From Paraphysomonas bandaiensis (lineage: Eukaryota; Protista; Chrysophyceae), in contig CBFFRP010000394.1 in NCBI GenBank assembly GCA_965644295.1, forward strand, positions 162,182-226,181: a DNA stretch of 64,000 bases, read 5' to 3'. The notes beneath the pieces are model-generated. The model worked only from the letters and a program-made list of their open reading frames with translations. It was not told where the DNA came from and did no database searches. Shown here in pieces: positions 10,592 to 22,100 of the stretch; positions within the stretch are counted from its first letter, which is position 1; each line of letters begins with the position of its first letter. The position numbers were made by a program, and so were the translations under genes.

Positions 10592-11963
10592 TTAAAGTTC
10601 ATCGCCGCATCCTGATGTGCAGGTCGTATTTGGTGGGGCTTCAGACACCTCAGCGTATTCAGTAGCAGCCTGAGCACGGGCCCGATTCCAATATGAGGAC
10701 GGCTGAACCTTCTCCAGTATAGCACGATGCTTGTACTTCCTCGCTACTGACACTACTTCGTCCATAAGAGACTTCTCCAGAGTGACTGCTTGCAGCCCGA
10801 GGTTAGAAAACTTCTCGTGAATAACCTCAAGTTCATTGGCGGCATCCTCCTGGCGCGGGTTGGTGAGAAACGATACGGGCACTCCTGTCTGTTCCGAAAT
10901 CATCTTAGCCAGATCTCCCACGATAAGCGTCTCAGCAACTTGATTGAAGATCTCCACACGGTGACCAGCGGGTGGGGGATTGTTAATAGCAAGCTCTACA
11001 CATTTAACAGTGTCTACATACAAACATCAGTTATGTTATGTAGAGAACTACTGAACTCAACTGAATACCTGATATGTGAATAAAGGCTCTGGTTTGTCCT
11101 CCTACCCCATACACGGTGAGTGGAATATCCAGAGCAGCCTGCATCAAGAACCTGTTCAATACTGTTCCGTAGTCGCTGTCGTAGTCGAAGCGGTTAATTA
11201 GTCGCTCATCTCGTAGTGTCTGATTGGTGTTTGTTCCCCACACAATACCTTGATGCAGATCAGTTATGCGTATACCGTCGTTCTTGTTGTAAAATTGAAA
11301 GGTCAAAGCATCTAAACATTTTGTCAAGTGATAAACAGAGCCAGGATGGGCGGGGTGTAGTATGTTTTTCACATCCCCATTTGGAACAGTTACGTCAAGG
11401 TAACCTTCAGGAATCTCGCCACCTGATTTTCCATACCCATAAACCCCCATCGTTCCCAAGTGCACAACATGAATATCCAATCCAGACTCAATAACAGCAA
11501 CAAGTAAGTTATTTGTCCCCGCAATGTTATTATTCACAGTATACATTTTATTTCTAGGGCTTTTCATGCTGTACGGGGCCGCACGCTGCTCAGCAAAGTG
11601 GACAACAACATCAGGTTCTTCTCTCACCAGCATTTGCACCATCTCTGAGTAATCTTCCGCAATATCCATAAAAATAAACTTAATATTTCTCCCTGATACC
11701 TCTCGCCATGCACTAATTCTCTCTTCAATAGTTTTGATGGGTGTTAATGAATCAGTACCAAGTTCAACATCAATTTTTCTTCTTGAAAGGTTATCAACTA
11801 TAATAACATCATGACCTTTATCACTTAAATGAAGAGCAGTAGGCCATCCACAAAATCCATCACCACCAAATACAATAATTTTCTTTTTTTGTGGAATATC
11901 AATATGCGATATCACAGTGCCCAATAAAAGGCATACTACTACACTAGATAAACTGCTCTTCAT
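10592..11963 (-). CDS. SQD1: UDP-sulfoquinovose synthase (SQD1/SqdB), 2 exons, N-terminal signal peptide
   Basis: GGDGFCGWPTALHLS, HFAEQRAAPYSM, LGTMG, TDLHQGIVWG, RFDYD..YGTVLNRF, GQTRAFIHI; one short intron near 11015-11068. Confidence 0.95.
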
Positions 11964-12560
11964 TGTTTAACGTGTACTTATTCTCTGATAGTCTATTGAA
12001 TCAAATGATTATGTGTGTGTTATGGTTATTGAACTGAAATATTCGAAAAGATTCTTATTGCAGTGCAATGCAATGAGAGGATCTCAATACAATGGATGGA
12101 TATGAATGACTGATTATACAACCAATCAGAGGTTAGGAAAGGGTCGGAATATCCCCAATATGGGATACGGTTTGCTGCCCGTTGACGGGTAGTACATGGT
12201 CCATGATTCAGATGTGGAGTTGTGAAAAGAGACGGATTATGGATTACGGCTACAAGTCGACATTCAATCTAGAAGAAATAGGAACGTCCGCCGTACACTG
12301 TACACCCCCCCGTGTATCATGCCGGCATGTCCGTATATATGTACTACGACGTACGACTGCTGGTACTGTATGTCATATATACAGCAGTACGTAGTGGTTC
12401 CTACTTCCCATTGCATGTACATATATATATATAGGCAGCATATGTATATACCATATAGTTGCATATGGAATTCCAGTCATCCCCTCTTTACATATATATA
12501 CCTTCCTAACCCCTCTAATCAATCAATCTAAATATTCCTGAGAAAGCTATTGCATTTCCC

Positions 12561-13559
12561 ATGCAAGAGGAGCATCCTCTAGCTCAATCTGATCCTATTG
12601 CATCAGATGGATCTCAACAGAAGTACACCTGTTTACGATACACAGATTACATTGAATCAAAAGCTGTTATCGAACCAATATTACGTGAAGGTAGCAACAC
12701 CGTATGACTGATTCATATAACATTATATATAACTGCAGTTGAGAAGAAGCTGGGCCTGCCAATCATATATCTGCCCGCCCCGCCTGATGCATCAGGTCCA
12801 AAAGAGGACCAGGCCGTATACACGTTTTCTCATAATTGTGCGGATATTGGACGATTGTGATCGCCGGCGTATGTTCGAGCAAGAGATTGCTTGAGACCCT
12901 TGGTAGTACCCACAAATAGTGGAAACGCGCCTGTGTATCACTCTCAACTCTTTGTTTCCAAAAATAGTGCACTTAGAGACTTCAACTCACTCCATGGTGC
13001 AGTATTCGCATTTAATGATGAAGCTTCGCTCTCTGGATACCAGTGTGTGGTATTTTTGCTCGCATCCCTTGCACGAAACCCTGGGAGTGGTGTGATGCTG
13101 CCTTTTTTTACAAGCGCCATCAGAACTGGATCGCACGAGAATTCGATAAAAGCTGTGGTGACTGGTTCTGCCGACGTTTTGTGTTTAGATTGTACAGTTA
13201 TGGAGAAACTACGTCGCACTAACAGTGGACAGGAGCTTTTATCTATGCTACACCCCATTCCTGTTCCATCTTCAGTGCACGGTGGTCCTGCTGGTTTACC
13301 CACGTATATGTTGAGCACGCCAGATGGGCATCTTGGCCCGAACCCAGTTCAACCTGTCGTTGCTTCGAATAGACTCCCGACAGATTTAATCGCGAAGATT
13401 CAAGATGCTTTTCTTAGTGTACCTAGTGAGCTTTTGATGCCTATGCTTGCAACTAGATACATGCCTATTAACGATTTGTACTACCAGGGAATTCGAGCTA
13501 TGATTGATGAAGTAAAGGATATTCACATTTGCGGCTGCCATAGTATTTGTCGATCTTAA
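12561..13559 (+). CDS. PhnD/phosphonate-type periplasmic-binding-fold protein with in-frame TGA (putative selenoprotein, U84, 316 aa)
   Basis: Exon 1 12561-12690, 48-nt GT-AG intron, exon 2 12739-13559. Motifs LRYTDY, ADIGRL(TGA)SPAY, PVYHSQLFV, GAVFAFNDEASLSGY, TGSHENSIKAVVTGSADV, GPNPVQPVV. TGA at 12858-12860 is in frame. Confidence 0.8.
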
Positions 13560-13565
13560 TTCTTG

Positions 13566-13617
13566 TGCGAATTGTGGATGACGCTCTTGAATATATTGAA
13601 GAGCTGAACACAATGCA
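13566..13617 (+). promoter_or_regulatory. SECIS-like hairpin in the 3' UTR
   Basis: Helix I ATTGTG/CACAAT; core ATGAC...TGAA (tandem G.A); helix II GCTCTT/AAGAGC; apical GAATATATTG. Upper stem is shorter than canonical. Confidence 0.6.
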
Positions 13618-13974
13618 GTGCATTGAAATGCCACTGGGCAGTTTGTAGCTACTATAAATATATTGTATATTAAACCAAGTTTTAGTTGTGTAGAGAAAAG
13701 TGTCCGTAAGAACGTGACAATATTTTGTTCTTACTTTTTATTTTGCATCTGTAGTCATAGAAGCACAAGAACTATTCCTCCACACAGCAACGTGAATACC
13801 CCAACGTTCTTAATGTTTATGCAACTAAGTTGATCTATAAATGTGTATACGTGTATGGTTGATCTGGTTTGCTTGTGGGGTTACAACGATATATACATAT
13901 ATACAACGCTGTGAATATTACAGCAGCATAAACTATCGCTAATATTTCATAGCCTGTGCTGATTTTTGCTGTTT

Positions 13975-14475
13975 GTGAGCAATTTAAAGCTGTAATTCTA
14001 GGGTATTTGAATTACGACCATTACTTCCCTCAACAAAGTCGGACGTTTTCGTGGTAGTCTGGGGGATAAGTACCGGAGATACTTCTCCGGGAAACTAACG
14101 TGAGCCGCATATATAGTCAGCAGATAACGCTCTGTCTACTCATAGCCAAATGCTTGTGTGGTACAAGGGATACTAATATAAGTGTCACTTGTCGCCTTGA
14201 CGAATAAACAGACATCCGGGAATTGGCCCACCTCAAAGGCATCCGGGGTATGGGGCGGCCTACTGAAGTCAAGTATCCGGGATGTTCACCGTAAGGACAA
14301 AGAGTGAATGTAGTTGCACCTTGGTCCTTGCGGTGACGCACAATCAGCTTTCGTAGCGCAAAATGGTAGGATATCAGAAGTAAGCACTAGCTAGTTATAA
14401 TTAAACTTCTAAATTAGATCTGACTCTTACACGCCTATTTTGCTAATAATCGACATTCACTACTGACTACTGATG
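13975..14475 (+). repeat. Longest copy of the dispersed repeat family (putative non-autonomous element)
   Basis: Segments match ~762-789 plus 5974-5990, 6535-6720, 14820-14975 (inverted), 30850-31285 (inverted) and 62528-62695. Confidence 0.8.
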
Positions 14476-14819
14476 TTACGTGAAGTGTACAGTAGTTGCT
14501 AACAGTATGATATGAACTAATGACATGATACCAGTAATAGCAGTGAAACTAAAAGTAGAAGATAGTAACTATCCACTATCATATAAAATTATTATAATTT
14601 TAACAATTGAGTATTGAGTGTATACGTGTATACAACGTTCAATGAATTAAGTTTAAACCATCCACAATCGTGGGATCTGCAGCATTACTATAGTCATATT
14701 TAACTAACAGGTTTTGACAGTGATACTAAACTACTCTACTGAACTTGAAATACAACACACTGTCAATTAATTAATAATTGTGATAAGCATATCTTGTCAT
14801 TCATAGTTATTTCATAAAT

Positions 14820-14975
14820 CTATGTCATCAGTAGTGAACGTCTTTTTATTAGCGATAAGCGCGTAAGAGTCTGAACTAACGTAGCAAAAAAATAACTAAC
14901 TTGCGCTTAACTCTCATATCCTACTATTTAACGTTACGAAACCAGCTTGTGCGTCACCGCAAGCTCTGTCACTCA
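14820..14975 (-). repeat. Inverted partial copy of the repeat family
   Basis: Reverse complement GCTTGCGGTGACGCACAAGC...TAGGATAT...GACTCTTAC.CGC.TAT...CTAATAA matches 14325-14470. Confidence 0.8.
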
Positions 14976-16109
14976 AAAAAAATACTGTGATCAAACAGAA
15001 TGTTATACTAATTGTTGGACCTGTATGTTGAATATGAATACTAAAAAACAATTCCTAACCAAACTATGATGCTTTGGGCTACAAGAACAAATGTATTGGA
15101 CACCTGTGTGTTATTTGTAGCCCACGACTACAATTGTTCCCTTGTTTTTTCACAAAACCATCCTTGTTATATACTTAATTTTGCACACGTATCTGGAATA
15201 GGTAGGACGAACATCAGGTGGAATCTCCACTACCTCAAGTACTTCCCGCTTAAACAACGCGTTCCGTGCAAACAAAGTTTTATTCCGTAGCTTTTGGACA
15301 ATTCAGCGACTTCTCACTTGTCTCAGGTGCTCTGTAATCAGACATATTAGTCATTAACGCAATGCCACTCTCATCGCACAAGTGTATTACTACTTCTTCT
15401 TCGCCGAGAAAATTTACCACACCCAGAGTAGATACATTGGTCAACACTCGTTGGGTGCGAACTCTGTTACTCATCTGCTGCATTGCACACCAACAAGGTA
15501 CATGGCTCCCACACTGCCAATATCCGACGTCGATTTAGATTCACCTGTTCCATAGCCATGAGTCACAGGTTTTATACCGCCTATGTGAATAATCATTTGT
15601 CACACTTAACGCACCACTAACATGCGATCTAAATGCTACTATCACACCTTGCTTTACATACCACAACTCATGTAGTATTGAACAAAAAACATTTATTTAA
15701 TTCAACTTATTCATATTGAGATTGTCTATACGGAATAGGCCAAGCTATCTGAATATTAAGTCACTAGCCAAAAACTCTTCTCAGAGTCATCATGCGGAAG
15801 CATACCTTTCTCTCTAAAATATTGAACACAACCTCGAGAGTTTCTGCCATTGGCTGGACTGATTTGACAGTGAAACTGATGCATGTGTCCTTTCTTTTCC
15901 TCAAACCTTAAATCTTCAGTTTAGCTAAGCTATTTAATTGTATGTCAGTAATAGTCATATAATACTCTCTTTCAATATATTTACAATATGGAGAAAACTG
16001 GACGCTCTGTTTTTACACTAACAAGTCAATTACGCGTCCGAATAAAAGTTTGTGTTCATTTTCGAACAAGTAATTACAGGATCACAAAGACCATACTGTA
16101 CACTAATCA

Positions 16110-19100
16110 TCATAATTTCTTTTCTAATAATCTTTGCTGAAGACGCCTTTTCTGCTTCTGTTCCTGTATCATCAAACTAACTCTATGCCGTTCAGAATTC
16201 GTTACTAATGTTTTTTTCAGACGACTAGGCAAAACGCTAGATTTCTCGCTGCTATCAAAGGTATCAGTATCGGTATTCTCCTCACGACGAGCTTTCAAAC
16301 GAGAACTCAACCGTTGCTTCGCACTCTCATGGTGCTGATGCATTGAAAACTGACGGGCAAGGTTGCCCACCATGAAGTCTTTCTTGACAACGTCAACTTC
16401 TTCTTCGGTGTGAAATCCACCACAAAACAGCAAGCTACTATCGACTAACTCTTGTTTTGCTCCACCAACGCAGTTCGTCTGATCTAACCTTTCTACTTTG
16501 CGATCAATAGGGGACTGACGTCTAACTAAAACATCGCATTCATACGAGTCTCCACAAGTAAACGACTCACAAGTGCCAACAGAGCTGACACTTTCGTCGT
16601 CTCCCATAGTAATCACCTTCTGCATGTTGTCATTGGTTCTCAAAATTTTCGCCAATCTTGACTGGTACTCCACGTCCACTGTACCTTCATCATCTTCGTC
16701 AAATGAGGTCGCCCCCCATCCAACCTCATTCTCAACAACCAAACCCCGCATGTGAGACACAATGCGAGCTTCTACATTACCCATTGATTGCTTTGAACTC
16801 GAAGACACTGCGTCATCTTGGTCTGAATCGAATGTAGTTTTAGACGTAATTCCTCGCTCCTTAAGTATTCTGCTTAAACGAGGACTGTTGGCATCAAAAG
16901 GCACACCAGGGAGAATATCGTCCTCCACTTTCAAACTACCAGACTCAATGACGGCATTATCATGAAAGGGTTCATCATCTTCTTCGTCTCCCATAGTAAT
17001 CACCTTCTGCATGTTGTCATTGGTTCTCAAAATTTTCGCCAATCTTGACTGGTACTCCACGTCCACTGCACCTTCATCATCTTCGTCAAATGAGGTCGCT
17101 CCCCATCCAACCTCATTCTCAACAACCAAACCCTGCATGTGAGACACGATAGCTTGTGAAGGGATTGTGGCCTGTACTCTGCGTATTTCATCATACTCAT
17201 TCATTGGTGATAACATTGCGTCAGGTATTTTGGAACCAGATGATCCCTTGATATCCTCAGGAAATCCTTCACCCTTTTCAGCCGAAATGCCAGCAAGCCT
17301 TAAAGCTCGCAGCATATCCGCACGGCGAAATCTTTTGAAACAACCTTGCTCGAAGGAATCACAAGAAGTAGTCGCAGGCTTTTCATCAATTTCAAGTTTG
17401 CAATCGCCGGTAACTTCAGCATTTCGATTTTCTTCCTTGGTATAACGGAAAGAACTGCTTTTATAAATAGGTGATGCCAGAACATCGCTGACACTGCGTC
17501 CGATCGCGGCGGGTTTTTTGCGATTTACGCTTAAGCCCTTAGGCAATTTGAAAATATCTTCGTCGCTCGGACTTCGTGCAATTGAGGGTGTTGCAAATGG
17601 TTGACAACATCTGCTAGAGCAGAGTTTGACTCCACGCAGTTGACAAGAAATGATGAAAGAAACCAAAACAAGCAATGGAATGAATACTAGAATGATGTTT
17701 ATCGCATATAATTCTATATGAATCAGGATCAGCGACAAAACCACAAGCCATGTTCCAGCTCTATAAACGAAAATTTCAAGAGATTCATGTAGACCAGCTA
17801 TCACACCTGCAAAATCGACGATGCGATAACATATCTCGTCATACGTGAAACAAGACAACTTCTGTGCTGAAGTGCACCAGTAGCACCTTCTCGGGAAAAC
17901 AGTTCTAAAATTTAAGACCAAAGGTCTATCCTCAAGATGTTGACATTCCTTCGCCACAAGCATGGATACAGAAAAGTAGTCAAATGCGTTAAATAGGTTA
18001 GAAGAACCGGCATCCCAACTCCCATCAGGAGTAAATACTTTTGCACCAGATCGTATTGCGGTTAAAGCTGCTACCAAAGCATTCATAACTTCACTGGCTT
18101 CGTCAAAAATAAGTAACGGTATCAAAACCCTTGTCACCAAAATCTGAAATGGACATACAAAGATGATATCTATAACAAGCCATATGAAAAAAGAAAAGAT
18201 CCATGCAACATGCTCTGATGCTGTCCTGTGAACCCCAAATGAAATAATATAACTCAAACAAAAAGCAATCAACGCTGCTAAAACCAAAAAGATAATGAAC
18301 TTCAACCACATGGGTTCTGGTTCTAACTTCCAGAAATAATTACAAGTTCCATATTTCTCGACGATATTTCCAGCACTAGGCGAAAGTAAGTCTTTAACAA
18401 ATAGGACAAGCAGTCTACGATTGCCCTCTTCAGCCTTTAAGAACGAAATTCTATTCTTTTCACTTCGGAATTGCGAAAACGTCCCAATGATGTCACTTAA
18501 AACCATTTTTTCGTTGAACAGATGAATCTTATCATTCGTTTTAGATGTCTGGGGAACATTATTTTCATCAACTTTACATATTTCAGTACTAGGTTGAGAA
18601 AAGGCTGGTAAAACGCTTCCTGAATGATAATGCGCTGAATTCCACGCCACATTGAATGAGACATTAGTTGTATCATTACCAATTACAGTGTAATAATTTG
18701 CCAACTCAGCTTTAAGCTTATTTAATGCTGCTGTACAAATAGAACGATCTGGAAGGGTTGACGCAACTTTGCTCGATTTACGTGTATCCAGACCGCTCTC
18801 ATACGTAGGGCGCGCAAGAACTTCGGTTACAAAGTAATCAGTCAATAAATCTAACGGTAAACATAGAATGGCACATACGGCCACAACCAAGAAAATAGTC
18901 TTAATATGTGAAATAGGATGAGTCGGCACACACTCTGAGCTTTCCCACACGCAAATTTCATCCATGAAAATTCTACCTGATGTACCACCAGTACAATCTC
19001 GCGCAGTCCGCATATCAAAACACGAATCATTATCTGTGATCAGTATACCCATGACGATTGTATTCAAGAACATGAAATACACTGTAGAACAGCAGATACA

Positions 19101-22100
19101 TAGAGCACGTAGTTCGCGTGGACGAGACACCTTCTCAGAAGTGAGAAACAAAGATCCCCATCGGTGGCAATGTTTAAACTCGTATATAAAACTGTCGAAT
19201 ACGGAAGGTTTAAATAACAGTGATGGGAAAATAGATTCTATGTCTTGGAGCTTGGCATTACACTCAACATTTTCAGCTCTTGTACAACAGATATATCCGA
19301 ACACACCTAAAACAATGACAATAACAGCAGCAGAATATGCTGTCCAACCCGATGTCAAGGACTTCTGAACCGAAGCTTCTGCTGAGCGACGTTTAGAGGC
19401 GGTAGGAGAACCAATTGAATCGTATGATACTGTTGCAAACAAAGCGTGTGGTCGTGATCCCATTGCTCGTGGAGAACAAGAGCACACCACGAACTCAGAA
19501 GAAAACGTTTCCACAATGCAATCCTCCTGCTCAACGAATGTGATATTCATGCTGTTGCAAACAGGTCGGGCCATTATTTCCGGACAGGTTACAATCCAGG
19601 TGTTGCTAAATCCCTCACAAGTAAAGGAAGTAGACACACCATATCCACAGTCATGAATATATACTCCTGCTGTCTCATTGCACTGAAGTGTAGCATGAGT
19701 TGAGTGTTGTACAACTCCATATTGAACAGGCACAATGTTACGCAGAATGTAACGGGATGTAATATTTCCTATGTCCCTGTTAACAAAAGACTTCTTTTGC
19801 AGCGGTGGCTTGTAAACACTGTCGACATGCCACAAAATATTCGTTGATATATCTCTATTGGTAAGTATATACATGGAAGGTGCTTGAGTCACAACGCAGT
19901 GAATGGTGTTATTCTGTACATTACCGATTATGGACGACAGCTTTACGTTGTTTAATATTTCATGCAGGGTCAGAGGAGTATTAATCGTAAAGTTATTTTC
20001 TTTGATAATCACGGTAGCATATAGACGGAACTGCGAGCCAATAAACTCAAAAGCTTCCTGGTTTATATCCATCCAAGAAGATAGAAGTAAACAAGATTCA
20101 GTTATCAGCAACGACATTTCATCAACAAGCCTTTCCATATGAATATTACTGGCGAGAGAAAAATCGCCATACTCATGGTATCTGGACAACGAATCGAGGG
20201 ATGATAGCATCATACTCATATCAGAAAAAGATATATCCAACCCTCTATCAAGAATATGCTTGATGACAGGAATGGAACAGTTCAAGGCGCTAAATGATAA
20301 TAGCGAAGGGTTTGACATTAGTTCATATACAAGTGAAACCCACGACTTACTGACAAACTGCGATGAAAAATCCAAATCTATCAGAGATTTCAAAGAACAC
20401 ATCGACGCCTCCACAACCATGCTGGAATCATGAAATTCTTCAGTTGTAAATGAACATGTTTGCCCATGAAAACCGTCATGACATCTGCAAACTGACTTGC
20501 ACCACAGGTCGCCGATGAAGCAATTCTCAACAGGCGTATTGAGCTGTTCATCGATATATATGCAATCTCCATTGCTCGAACATCCATTTACGCATGACTT
20601 TGCAGCAGGTATACAAGAATTGAAATGACATGTCATAAACGGAAGACAAGAAGAATTTGATGTACATGGGGTACCCCTTTCAATACTCTGATAAAATTGC
20701 GACGGTAGACATGGAGTATTTGCGGGGCCTAACTCTCCAATGTATGACGATTTACATTCACCACAAGTATTTACCATCTTCGAGCACGACAATCTATTTA
20801 ACGCATCACAATCTGGAGCAGAGGCACACAGTACTCGAGATATAGCCCCCGCAACAACAGCAATTCTATTTTCAAGACCAAAAATATCTCCACTGCGGAG
20901 CATGCGGAAGAAATCTGAACTCGCATTCGTCAAGGGCGTATTTATATCACCCGACGGCAAAACTGTAATAGCAGAAGTTTTTTCACGGGAAGCACTCAAG
21001 GAATCAAAAACGGAAACAACACATATAACACTAGAATTCGCCGTAGAAGTTCGTGGAAGTATTGTAGATATAAACGAGTCAAAAGTAGGTTGCCGTAAAC
21101 TTAATATGGTCGAGGAGACAGACATAAATCCAAATCTGTACTTGAGAGGTAACGATGTATCAGTCCAATACGGTGCATGCATATGGAACAAATCAATATA
21201 TTCTCTTCCTGAGGTAGGGTACAAAGTAAATGACCCTTCAGACGGTGGTGAATTCACTTCAATAAAAATAGAAGAATGGGATAACTTCCCATTTCCATTG
21301 GATAAACTCAGAGTAAATACATGAATATCATGGGCAAAAAACGCGAATGGAACAAGAAACAAATTGTACATCGCAATTCTAGTCGAAGAATTGAGATAAA
21401 CCTCGTATTCTATGGGCGATAACGTGTTCACAACAGAAAAGTCATCGAGATGACTTGAACTCCACTCAGCCAAACCAGAAAAACTAAATATGCTGCCATA
21501 CAATTTTAACGTTTCCTTCCACTCGATCATATTACCAGCAGTGCTATAAACATTAACAGTGGGGGAGCCCACTGGACAACTTAAAACAAGAGAGCAGTGT
21601 ACACCAACTCTTCCCGAATCAGAGTCAATTATTCGAAGGCATATATAAAAAGTATGGAAACCAGCACTGCCACTCGGAACTAATTCCGCCGAAAGATAGC
21701 CATTCGCTTCAAACACAGTATCGTCACATCTACTTATATTGCCACCATCCCAATATTCACAGCTCCAAGTGTAATTAAAAGTAGCAGCGAAATTATCCGG
21801 GTCATAGCTGTAAGTTCCATCAAACTCAAGGACATTGTCGTTGGAAACATAAGCAACGTTTCCAATAGGTAAAACAACGGACAGAGGAGTAAATAGAACG
21901 TTAATAACAGAAGAAACAATATGATAAACATTTAGTACTTCGTCATAGACTGAATATTTCACAACATAATACATTCCTGGTACAAAAAAATATTCCGGAA
22001 ACATTAAAAAATGGGGTCCAGAGCGGGTTCTACCAGATATATTCATAGGATATAGACTATCTTTTTCGAACACTTCCCATGTATAGAAAGTACCTAATTG

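Noticed and set aside
12858-12860. TGA explained by genetic-code reassignment or by an intron
   Set aside because: TGA terminates several other genes here. The nearby GT/AG pairs I tried do not preserve frame and would delete the conserved D..xC..Y motif. A pseudogene or sequencing error cannot be fully excluded.
15060-15640. Short ORFs or possible decayed gene
   Set aside because: Multiple stops and no recognisable motif.
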